Below the pieces are notes generated by a model, which was not told the origin of the DNA, ran no database searches, and was given only the letters and a program-made list of their open reading frames with translations. Shown here in pieces: positions 48,885-60,225 of a stretch of 64,000 nt of DNA (position 1 is its first letter; every line of letters starts with the position of its first letter). Both the position numbers and the translations under genes were made by a program. The stretch comes from Malacoraja senta (taxonomy: Eukaryota): contig JAXLNO010000533.1 of NCBI GenBank assembly GCA_038087875.1, positions 1-64,000 of the forward strand, in the 5' to 3' direction.

Positions 48885-51800
48885 TCAAAGCTTTGCCTAA
48901 TCGGTTAACGTCCGCTCCCAGAATATTCACAAAATTATTAAAACCAGTTCTGGGGTTGCTAAGAAGCCAGGGGCATGTACTAGTGGCATATTTTGGATGA
49001 TGTGCTGATAATAGGAAGGACAAAACAGTCAACAGAAGCATCTGTGGCAGTTGTGAAATCAACTTTTGAAAGTTTGGGGTTTCTAATTCATCCAAAGGAA
49101 TCAAGGTTAACACCATGTACCTCGATTGATTATTTGGGGTTCACAATTGATTCAGTCCAAATGAAAATTACTTTGCCCAGTGAAAAAAGGGTGGAGTTGA
49201 TTAAAGATTGCAGTAATCTGGTAAACGAGCAAAACCCCTCAATCAGACAGGTGGCTTGAGTACTGGGAAAATTAGTAGCAGCATTCCCAGCAGTCCAATT
49301 CGGACCATTACATTATCAACAGCTGCAGAGAGTTAAAGAACAGGCACTGAGAATGCATGTTGGTCATTTTGATAGAACCATGCAACTGACAACAAATGCT
49401 GTTTCTGATCTGCAGTGGTGGATTCTACATGTCTCAAGCAGTTCCAGCAGAGTGCTGATTGAACAAACCTTCCATGATATTACAAACAGATGCCAGTACA
49501 CTAGGATGGGGTGAAACTGACTTAGCATCTAGCTGCGGAGGCAGATGGAATCAGGAAGAGTCATTGTTACTGCAGACATGGGGAGTTAACTATTTGGAGT
49601 TTTAGGATGTTTCTATGGACTCCAAGGTTATTGTTCTAACACAACTAAAAGGCATGTCCAAGTTCAGATTGATAAACACAACAGCAATTGCCTATATTAA
49701 TGATATGGATGAAATCAAGTCAGGGTCATGTGACAAAATGGCTAATCAACTTTGGACTGGGTGTATTGAAAAGAATATTTGGATTTCAGCTATCTATCTA
49801 CCAGGTAGAATGAACACGATAGCAGACACCAGGTCACGAAAGTTCCATGATAATAAGAATGGATGTTGAATCGAGAGGTATTCAATGATATAGTAATCAG
49901 ATTTGGAATGCCCAACATTGACTTGTTTATATCTAGGCTGAATCATCAGCTATCGAGATATGTCTCATGTGAATCAGATCCAGGAGCAGTGGCGATTGAT
50001 TCTTTCTCGCTACATTGGAGTGATATGTTGTCATATATATTTCCACTTTTCTGCCTTATAAGCCAGTGTTTGCTTAAAGTCAGGCAAGATGCTGATTCAG
50101 GTGTATTGGTAATACCAGATTGGCCTACACAGCCATGGTATCTGTTGATATTAGAATTAACAACACAAATGTTGATGAAAGTCCCCAAAAGGAGTAATTT
50201 ATTGCTGCACCCTGTAACAGGGAAACAACATCCATTATATCGACCACCCCGGGCCGCGGTGTTTGAGCCGCGGGAAACATCGCCCGGGGGGTATCGCCTC
50301 AGCGCAGAGGGAGAAGAGGAGGGAAGAGACTGCAGACCTAAGACTTTTGCCTCCATCACAGTGAGGAGATGTTGGGTGGACTCACTGTGGTGGATGTTAA
50401 TATGTGTTTATTGTTGTTTTATGTATGACTGTTGCAATTTCGTTCAGACTTCGGTCTGAATGACAATAAAGGGCTATCTAATCTAATCTATCTAATCTAA
50501 TGATTGTTTGGATTTGTTGATTTGCAGGTTTAAGAAGGCCTTTTCTGGGGCGAGGACTGTCTGAACGTACTGTGGACATGCTTACGGCAGCCTGGAGGAA
50601 GAGCACTCCAAAAACAGTACCTTTCTTATATTAAGAAATGGGAAAAGTTCTGTGTACAAAAGAATTTGCAATATAGTACTGCAGATATTTCAAATGTTTA
50701 GAAAATCTGTCAAAACTCTATTATGATGAAGGTCTGAGTTGTAGTGCAATTAATTCAGCCATAAGTGCATTGCCCTCATATTTGGTTCTGGATTCAGAAA
50801 TAAACCCAATTGGGTCACACCCAATTCTTTCCAGACTAATGAAAGGAATCTTTAATTCCAAACCACCGAAACCTAGGTACATGACAATCTGGGATGTAAG
50901 TGTGGTACTGAAACTACTTCGTGAATGGTCACCAAGTGTGTCTTTACCTTTGGTCAAGCTCAGGATGAAAGTATTCATGCTTATGGCATGAGTGACAGCA
51001 CAACGAGTGCAAACACTTAGAAAATTACAAATAGATACTATGGAAGTAACTGAAGACAAGGTTACATTCTATATCTATGACCTATTAAAGCAAATTAGGC
51101 CAGGTGTGACAGGATTTAAAATTATGCTAGCAGCATATCCAAATGATCCTTGTCTCTGTGTTAAGACATATTTGTGACAATGCATTGAGGTCACAAAGCA
51201 TTTAAGAAATACGGAAACTGGGTTGTTAATCACACACAAGAAACCACACAAGAGAGTTTCAATACAGACTATTTCCTGATGGATAAAAGAAGTCATAACA
51301 GCTGCTGATATTAACACTTATGTTTTTACGTCTCACTCGACTAGGGCAGCAGAAATGTCGGCGGCCAGGGCATAAGACGTCCCCGTCGACCATATCCTCG
51401 CAGCCGCCAGATGGTCCAATGAGTTGATGTTTCAACATTTTTACCATCGGCCTATTGTTAATGCGGGATTGTGTGCAGAAACTATTTTAAGTTCTGTGTA
51501 AATTCCTCTGGTTTAAAGGGGATCTGATTAATTTCATTATTGAAATGAATGACTGCATTTGTGGTACAAATGTTATTATGAATGCATGATTGATTATTCT
51601 CGTTCCGAGTCAATCTATGCAGTGAGAAGCCGGGATTGATCTACGGCATGAAATCACAAAGCTTTAAAATCTTCACGTAGTAACTCACGTGACTCCGAAG
51701 TAAAATAGTAAGATTAAACGAGAACTTACCTAAGTTTGAAGTTTGATCTTTATTTTATGAGGAGTTACGTAGGTGATTACGTGCCTGCCATGACCCTACC

Positions 51801-52006
51801 CTCTATCATAAAGGTCAGATTGAAGTTCTTGTATTACTCGTTTTATTATGAGACTATATTACTTCGGTTGTTGTTTTTTGTGATTTCACACCGCTGCTTT
51901 GAAGATTGGCGCACTGGTGGGGTTCTTCACGTAATCACCTATGTAACTCCTCATAAAATAAAGATCAAACTTCAAACTTAGGTAAGTTCTCGTTTAATCT
52001 TACTAT
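44895..52006 (+). mobile_element. DIRS1-type retrotransposon (copy 2, more decayed), 5' part duplicated
   Basis: Left TR TTTTACTTCGGAATCACGTGAG at 44895 (and 46989), ICR at 51670-51783, right end AATCTTACTATT at about 52006, plus RT/RH/MT/YR remnants (IDLFISRLN, TAQRVQTL, HSTRAA). Confidence 0.92.
50242..50500 (+). mobile_element. GC-rich non-autonomous retroelement 3' part with Rex/Babar-like tail, nested in DIRS copy 2
   Basis: Ends in TTCAGAC-TTCG-GTCTGAA hairpin, TGACAATAAA and (ATCTA)n. Related to 61265-61770. Confidence 0.65.
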
Positions 52007-52174
52007 TAGTTTATACCTGTTATTAATGTAATCATGATCCCTATGTATCAATACCATTGTTATGTTTATCATTATTCTTTTTGCTCTGTTTTTTATGTTT
52101 TATTTTTGTTTTTGTTTTTTTGAAAAAAAACAATAAAAAGATTTTAAAAGAAAGGTACTGAATAAAAAAGTTGG

Positions 52175-52680
52175 GATGTTCTGCTACAGTTGTACAAGAT
52201 GTTGGTGAGGTCACATTTGGAGTAATGTGTTAAGTTTTGGTCACTCCACTATCGGAAGGATGTCATTAACAGGGCCTGTGATTCAGGGAGAGGATGAGAA
52301 TGCTTGGACTTTAGTCCTTGGCACGCAAGAGGCTGAGGGGTGATCTTATAGAAGTTTATAAAATCAAGGAGCATAGATAGATTGAATGCACGGAATCTTT
52401 TAACCAGCCTTGTGTAATCAAGAACCAGAGGACTTAGGTTTAAGGTGAGAAGGAAACGAGTTACTCGGAACCAGAGGAAGTGGGAATATGGAAGAACATT
52501 CCAGCAGAAGGAGTTGAGGCAGGTATTAAAAAACATTTAGAACACACTTGGACAGGTACATACTGTAGATAGGAAAGGTTCAGTGAGATATGGGTCAATT
52601 GCAGGTAAATTGTAGTTTAAACATGGCATCTTGGTTGACATGGCCAAGTTGAGGTGGCCATTTCCATGCCGTATGACTCT
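52175..52680 (+). mobile_element. CR1 3' fragment
   Basis: Decayed QLYKMLVRSHLE..F segment and CR1 tail. Confidence 0.75.
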
Positions 52681-53229
52681 ATGGCTCCGTGGGCTTGAAA
52701 AGCCAATTCTTTTCCGTTTCACTGCTACATGATAGTTAATCACCCTCACTAATAGTGACCACAATGGCAGACCCATGACCACGACTGGTTTACAGTGATA
52801 ATAAGCTAACCATTGCCTCAGTTCAAATATGCATGTCGTTGATGTTCAATGACTAAATTGTTGCTGCATTCTTAGTTTTGGCAAGGTTCTGATCTGGGTG
52901 CTGGAGCTGTTGGACATCTTGATACCATGAAAGCAGAACCTCCGTTTCAGGAAATATACTTGCTGAATGGTGCCTCAGACCAGAAATGCCAGGGAACATT
53001 GTATTTTGAAGAGGAAATATTACACAACCAAGGCCAAGTGCTCGAGAAAGCTGCACGTCTGTTATTTCAATGAAAACTCTGCTCTTCATCCATCTTGACA
53101 TTTTGATCACCCAGTTTAGTTTATAATATTGTATAACATTTGCAATCAATTCTCACAGTTTATGACATTTACAGCTGGTGTGAAGATGCATCAGTAAATA
53201 CCTTCTGTCTTCCAATTTAGTTTATTTAA

Positions 53230-55320
53230 TAGAAAGATAGAAACATAAAAAAATAGGTGCAGGAATAGGCTATTCGGCCCTTTGAGCCAGCACCGCCATT
53301 CAATACAATCATGGCTGATCATCCAAAATTAATACTCCGTTCTGGCTGTTTCCCCATATCCCTTGAATCCCTTAGCCCTAAGAGCTAAATCTAACTCTCT
53401 CTTGAAAACAGTGATACAGTGTGTAAACAGGCCATTTGTGCCACCAAATCCATACTAACCAGCAATCACCCATTCATAATAGATTTCCCATCCACCCCCT
53501 ACACTATCAGGGTGACTTACCGAGGATGATTACCTGCACACCTGCTCATCTTTGGGATATGGGAGGAAACCGGAGCTCCCTGAGGAAGCCCACATAGTCA
53601 CAAGGAGAACATGCAAACTCCACGTAGACAGTACCCGAGGTCCAGATTGAACCTGGGTCTCTGGCGTTGTGAGGCAGCAGTTCTACCAGCTGCACTACCA
53701 TGCTGCATTACGTACAAACTCTAAATCCTACACTGACTTTCCCTCCACTTGTTATATTCAACACAATAACTCCTTTACACAGGAGGAAAGTGAACTGCAA
53801 TTCATCACCAGAATATATCTTACAACAGTGTGATCACAGGCAAGAAATCAGTGATATAGATGACTTTGAATTTACACTAAAACCCTGATCATCCAGCTCT
53901 CTTGGGATTTGGGAAATGGTAGATTTTAAGGACTGCTGCATGTTACTCCAAACATACTTTAATTCAACTAATTTAAGCACTTGTTGAGCAAGTCAGTGGT
54001 TGAGGTGCATCTGTACACTACTATCAGACTTAAGCGGAGGAATACCCATTGTAATTTGCCTGAAGAGTCTCGAACCAGATTGTCACCTATCCATGGTCTC
54101 CAGGGATGTTGCCTGACCTGCTGAGTTACTCTAGCACTGTCCCTCACAGTCTTTCCCAATCTTATAAATCAAAAATAGTCAACATCTTTCTACATCATAA
54201 AGAGTCATGGAAATATGCAGCATACAAACATGGCCTTTGTCCCACTGACCTGCACCAACCATTCATGTACACTAATCCTATATTTGTCCCACATTCTCAT
54301 CAGCTCTCCCCACATTGTATCATGCACAATCTAGGGGACAACTAACCTACCAAACCATGTTTTGGGGATGTGGGAGGAAACCAGAGCACCTGGGGAAACC
54401 CACATGGTCACAGGAACAACATGCAAACTCTACAGATACAACAGCCGATGTCGGTATTTAATTCAGGTCTCTGGCTCTGTGCTGCCCTGTTTCACATTGT
54501 AGTCCACCTGTCATGTTGTTGCTCATTCATTCGACTTTCCACATTGAACCATTTCTCCCACTACTCACATTCCCACTTAATTTTGAGTCATAGAAACATA
54601 GAGTCTTCCAGCAACAGCGGCCTTGGTGGCAGCTACTGAGTGCAGCAGTAGAGTTGCTGCCTTACAGCGCTTGCAGCACCGGAGACCCGGGTTCGATCCC
54701 GACTACTGATGCTGTCTGTACAGAGTTTGTACGTTCTCCCCATGACCGCGTGTGTTTTCTCCGAGATCTAAGGTTTCCTCCCACACTCCAAAGACGTACA
54801 GGTATGTAGGTTAATTGGCATGGTGTGTGTGTATAGGGTAGTGTTAATGTGCGGGGATCGCTGGTCAGCGCAGACTCGATGGGCCTAAGGACCTATTTCG
54901 TCACTGTATCTCTAAATTAAACTAAACAAAACTAGTAAATGTTAAACTGCAACCAATCTGCCTCGTAGCTGACTTGGATCATGAACAGTGCGAGCCCCCA
55001 ACAGAGCAGCACAGTGTCACAACTCGTAGAGCTGCTGCCTCACAGCGACACAGACCCGGGTTCAATTTTGACCTTGAGTGCCATCTATGTGGAGTTTGCA
55101 TGTTCTCCGTGTAACCGCATTGGATCCCTCCAGGGGCTCCGGTTTCCTCACACATCCTAAGATGTGTCAGTTTATAGTTTAATTGGCCACTGTAAATTGC
55201 CCCTAGTGGGTGGGTGACTGGATGAGAAGGTGCAATGAGATAGAATTCATGAGAACAGGTGGTTGGTGGTTGGCATGGACACGGTGGGCCAAAAGGACTG
55301 CTTCCATGCTGTACTTTTTA
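53230..55320. mobile_element. CR1 3' end (53230-53410 -) and four HE1-type SINEs (about 53480-53705 -, 54190-54490 -, 54620-54925 +, 55005-55320 +)
   Basis: Repeated head GACCCGGGTTCGATCC, core and tail motifs. Confidence 0.78.
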
Positions 55321-55568
55321 ATGACTCATTGATATTTCTAGGATTTGGGGCAGTGAATCCATAATGTTTAACTTTTTTTTACACTGAATTCACAATTTTT
55401 AAATATCTGATTATCAGAAACATTTAACAACAGCACAAAGGCTAGTTGACAGTGGTGACTGTCGAGGCATTTCAGGTGTAGCTGCTGCCTTATCCTACTT
55501 GAGATCGATCATTTCTTCAAGCCCAATACCTTTACTAGCAACAGTGCATCACAATTTTTCCATCTTAC

Positions 55569-55676
55569 CTCTCCTCTTTTTTCTCCACCAAACAATTACT
55601 GCCAAGACAATAGCCAGCAATATCAGCACACACACGGCAATAAGGCCTATGTGCCTGTCTTTCTTCCTATTTCCTT
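55569..55676 (-). CDS. Transmembrane exon of an MHC class I-like heavy chain
   Basis: Acceptor TTCTTATTTTTCAG, 108 nt phase 1-1, donor G|GTAAGA. Encodes (E)GNRKKDRHIGLIAVCVLILLAIVLAVIVWWRKKRR in frame with the alpha3 exon. Confidence 0.85.
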
Positions 55677-55758
55677 CTGAAAAATAAGAATGCATAATTT
55701 TACAAATCAATTGTTAAGCTGTGCAGCTAAATAGATGGGCACTGTCTGAAGACTTCAG

Positions 55759-56470
55759 GGTGAAGAAGGGTCTCGACCCGAAATGCCACCTATTCCTTTT
55801 CTCCAGAGATGTTACCTGACCGCTGAGTTACTCCAGCATTTTGTGTCTATATTTGGGGCTTTTCAAGGTATATAAGATGATATGGTGTTTTGAATCACGG
55901 AGTTCTGCAGCATGGCAAAGGGACAATATATGTTCTGTACAACTATGATATATGGCACCATCACAGCCACAACTTAATTCATGAAAGAAGGTGAATTGAA
56001 AGCAGAAAGCTTTAACCCTATATAAACTAACATTTGTTTTGGGGAAAATGCTGGATTCCTTTCAATAATGGCAGAACATTTAAGTAATAACAAAACAATA
56101 AAGTGCATTATCAGGGCATTATCAGGAACATTGTAGAAAGAAAGAGATGCAGATACTGATTTACACAAAAGCTTTAGTTTAGTTTATTGTCACATGTATT
56201 GAGGTACAGTGAAAAGCTTTTGTTTCATGCTAACCAGTCAGTGGAAAGAATATACATAATAGACACAAAATGCAGGAGTAACTCAGCGGAACAGGCAGCA
56301 TCTCTGGCGAACATGGATTCATCACCTATTCCTTTTCTCCAGAGATGCTGGCTGACCAGCTGAGTTATTCCAGCAATTTGTGTCCATCTTTGGTGTAAAC
56401 CAGCATTTGCAGTTTCTTCTTACACATGGACAGGTGACGTTTCGTTTTGGGACCCTTCTTCAAACTTTGT
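55759..56470. mobile_element. Penelope-derived pLTR fragments (55759-55850; fold-back 56260-56390; 56430-56465)
   Basis: Degenerate hammerhead cores GTGAAGAAGGGTCTCGACCCGAAATGCC and, on the minus strand, TTGAAGAAGGGTCCCAAAACGAAACGTC. Confidence 0.7.
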
Positions 56471-57334
56471 TTGAGAAATTGATTAGAACTCTTTGAAAAT
56501 GCAACAGGAACCCGTAGACAATGTATATTCGAGCAGCAGGTGTGAAAAGCCTAAAATTCATAAACAAAATGATGGAAAAGCAGAATAGGTAACAAAATTG
56601 GAATGAGAAACAAAAGAAATACAATATATTGTAGAGATCCAAACGTCGTGAACAAATCAATGTTTTTTTAAAGAAATACAGTTTTGGCCCACTCGCGTTT
56701 AGTAAGGACTTGAGCAAAGTTCCTGCCGTTGTTATCGGGCACACCAGTTGACTGGCGATTAACTCATCACCAACTCCCACCAAAACCCTGTCACTCACGT
56801 GATAGTCCCAGCTCCCCTGACGAGGGTTCTAGCAATAAGTGGCCTGACCACCAGATGTCGCCACAATATCTGGATTTTCATAAGATATCTGATCAAGTGA
56901 TGCAAAGGCACATGGCTTATGACATTGGGGGTAATAATTAGCATGAATGGAAAAACAATTAAGAGCAAGCAGAGAGTTGTCTTAAAGGAGTGTTCTGGTT
57001 GGGAAACTGCAACTGCAGGTTGGGAATCAATGCAAGAAAGTGAACTACTTATCGTTGGTATTAAGAGCAGATGAAGGGACTGGTGGCGCTGTAGCCTAGA
57101 TTGCTGATGATACATAGATAGGTTGGAAATTAAGTTCTGGGGTATGTCAACAGTCTTCAGAGTGAAACATCAGATTCCTTAGTTGTGCATTGTTCGAGGG
57201 AATCTTCAAAAGTGAGCATTTGTGTAGGTTAGTGCAGCATACTTGGAATCAAACTTCTACGATCGCTGTTTGTCAGGCAGTTATATTTTTCGTTGCTGAA
57301 TCTGTAACTTGCGTCATGGAACTTACTTCATTAG

Positions 57335-58045
57335 GTTTAGTTTTATTAACGCCAGATGTTTCAAAATATGAGCAAAGTTTGTTTTGTATGCTATCCAAAC
57401 AAATTATAAAACTATACATAAATACAAACTCAAAAACAATAGATAGAGCAAAGAGGAGGATACAGAGTACAGAATATAGTTCTCAGCATTGTAACACATC
57501 AGTTCCATGGACAATGTTCAATGTTCAATGAGGTTGAGGTGAATCGGGCATTAAACCTACATTATGGAAGGACCCTTCCGAAGCCTGTTAACAGGTGGAA
57601 AGGGGGTGTTCCTGAGTCTGGCAGTGCATATTTTCAACTTTCTGTACCTAATGCCTGATGGGAGCAAGAAGGAGGAAGGTTGGGATAAGTCTCGTTTTCC
57701 AAGGCAACCTAGTGTAGATTGAGCCAATAGTGGGAAGTCTGGCCTGTGTGATGATCTTTAACTCTTTGTATATTCTTGCAGTCTTGGGTAGTGCAGTTCC
57801 CAAATCAAGATGTGATGCAACCCAACAACATGCTTTCTCTAGCGGCATCTATAGATGTTTGCTAGAGTCACCAGAGACATGATGAATATTCTCAGTCTCC
57901 TGAGGAAGTAGAGGTGTCGGTGTGCCTCCTTGGCTATGTGATCAGTCCTTTACAGAATATTGGATAAATTCATGCCAAGGAACATGAAGCTCTCAATCAT
58001 TTCCACTTCGGACCATTGATTCAGATTGGGGCATGTACTCCCCCA
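57335..58045 (-). mobile_element. Rex1/Babar-like LINE 3' fragment
   Basis: Decayed KAH..LYFLRRLR.F..S..TL.N.YRC motif followed by the family 3' UTR. Confidence 0.7.
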
Positions 58046-58363
58046 GTGCCTTGCTGTTAATCACATCATGAGGAAAGATTCATTTTTTATTTAAACATAC
58101 CTTTCATAGATTTCAGTTCCACCACTGAGAATCTCAAATACTCCTTCCTTATATATTAGTTATTTATTTACTTTTGATAAATGTTCTGTTGACAAAGTCT
58201 TCTGCTCATGCGGAGAGTGGGTGCTGATTACGTGATTACTTAGAGCAACACCACTAAACAAAGAAAGTTTAAGCATCTTGGAATATGGGATGTATTCATG
58301 ATGATTAAAATGGAAACAACAGAAGATAATGATTATCTATGAAAGAATATTTAACGTTCTTAC

Positions 58364-58630
58364 CCCAGATGATGGTCTTCCCACCGGGCAGGCTGCTGTG
58401 ATCGACATGACAGGAATACTGTTTCCCATCATACGGATCATACTCAAGGACAGACCTTAGATGATATGTTCCATCGTTGTTGGGTATGACCCCAGAAGAT
58501 TTGGTCTCAGAGACATGTTGACCATTCTGCAACCAGCTGACATTGATGGCCGGTGGGTAAAATCCAAACACAGTGCAGTACAGGACTGAATGATCATCAG
58601 GGCGGGCAGCGAGAGTGACCTCAGGGGAAA
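58364..58630 (-). CDS. Ig C1-set exon, MHC class I-type alpha3 domain
   Basis: Acceptor TGTCTTGTAG, 267 nt phase 1-1, donor G|GTAAGA, stop-free: SPEVTLAARPDDHSVLYCTVFGFYPPAINVSWLQNGQHVSETKSSGVIPNNDGTYHLRSVLEYDPYDGKQYSCHVDHSSLPGGKTIIW. Has C-x-x-x-GFYP, core W, PNxDGTY and YxCxVxH. Confidence 0.92.
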
Positions 58631-58759
58631 CTACAAGACAGTAAGATGGTTATTTTCATCTTCAGTAAAACTTGCACAGTCACCCACCACAAAATATTCT
58701 TCAGTCCACTACAACAACCAAGTTACTGTCCACATCTGCCCCATTTTGCCTCTTTCGGC

Positions 58760-59150
58760 ACCATCAACCAACCACGTGGTTTAAAAGGGATCGCACGCTC
58801 CCTGTTAAGACAGTACACAAGAAAGTTTGAAAGTACGTACCATTAAATTCAGGAACAGCTACTTCCCCACTGTTATTGGACTACTGAATGGTTCTCATGT
58901 AAGATAAGATGTTGCCCTGATCTTCCAACCAATCTCATTGTGATCCTTGCAACTCTTTTTGATCTGCACTTTCTCTGTAACTGTAATGCTATGATATTGT
59001 AACCCGATATTCTGCACTCTGAGAATTTTTCTCTTTGCACTGTTCTACTTGTGGATGGCTTGATTGCACATGTGTAGTATGATCTGATTGGATAACACAC
59101 AGACAAACTTTTGACTATATCACAGTTCATGTGACAATAATAAACTAATA
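58760..59150 (+). mobile_element. Rex1/Babar-like LINE 3' end
   Basis: TTCAGGAACAGCTACTTCCCCACTGTTATT ORF end and tail GTGACAATAATAAACTA. Confidence 0.65.
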
Positions 59151-59664
59151 CCATCGGCAAATCTTTTCACTAGGGCATATTGTTGACAATAATAAATAAT
59201 TGACAAGTTACGAAATGAGGGTCAATTGGGGAGGGGACAAGCTTAAAATTGGCAGTATTTTCACTCCTCTTCAATAAGAGATAAAAGAGACCAGTCATTT
59301 GTTTACAAAATCTCTTTTTGCAGAGTGTGGTCATTCTCTGGCGCCAGAGATTTGTGAAGACAAAATCATTGGAAGCATTTAATGTGGCGTTAGTTAACTT
59401 AATTAAACTTAAATTGGAGAACTGAGTGCAATGAGGAACTGATATCGAACAGGAGTTGATGCCTGAGGAACGTCAGCCATGGTCATATTGAATGGTGGGC
59501 AGGTTAGAGGACCAAATGGCTTACTCGGAAACTTAATAACCGAGGAGAAAATCAGGCTTCTGAATGATCGTTCCATAAGCTAGGGTACTGTCCAATTGAC
59601 CACTACCCCATTAAAGACAGTGGACTTTGTTTATAGAACTATGTAGGGAGGAACTGTAGATGCT

Positions 59665-60225
59665 GGTTTAAACCGCAGATAGACACAAAATGCTAGAGTA
59701 ACTCAACGGGTCAGGCAGCATCTCTGGAGAGAAGGAATGTGTCACGTTTCGTGTCGAAACACTTATCTAATGGAACTGCTGTGCTACATTGCTGAGAACT
59801 ACATGCCACACTCTGTACCTTCCCCTTTGCTCTACCTACAGTACTTGAGTTTGATGATCATATATATGTATTTTGTTACCTCATCCAATTGGATAGCATG
59901 CAAAACAAAGCTTTACACTCTACCTCAGTACATGGGCAGCACAGTGGCGCAGAGGGAAAGTTGCTGCCTTACAGTACCACAGACCAAAGTTCAATCCTGA
60001 CAATGGGTGCTGTCTATATAGAGTTCATACATTCTCCCTGTGACCATGTGAGTTATCTCCGGGTGCTACAGTTCCGTCACATTCAAAGACGTGCAGGTTT
60101 GTAAGTTTTTTGGCTTCTGTAAATTGTCCCTAGTGTGTAGGATAGAACTAATATTTGGGTGGTCGTTAGTCAGCACAGGTTCAGTGGGCCAAAAGGCCTA
60201 TTTTCATGCTGTACCTCGAAACTAA
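59665..60225 (+). mobile_element. Penelope pLTR fragment (59665-59770), Rex-like tail and HE1-type SINE (about 59930-60225)
   Basis: Same motifs as the other copies in the window. Confidence 0.7.

Larger units (their letters stand above)
32730..52150 (+). mobile_element. Old L1-clade LINE (L1-A), host of nested insertions; pieces about 32730-37659, 44130-44894 and 52007-52150
   Basis: ORF1 remnant (METRRK.., DKAHRIG..PRHLIIRF, LLSPARLRI). ORF2 remnant with EN (SWNVNGLN, DYF, SDHAP), RT (GTRQGCPL, LYADDLLL) and a zinc knuckle (CDRC..THMFWSC) rejoined across L1-B. AATAAA and A-rich tail at about 52131. Confidence 0.9.

Noticed and set aside
56799-56843. 45-nt phase 1-1 stalk exon between alpha3 and TM (minus strand, donor GTGAGT)
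   Set aside because: The acceptor lacks a polypyrimidine tract and abuts a CR1 remnant; the alpha3 and TM exons already join in frame.
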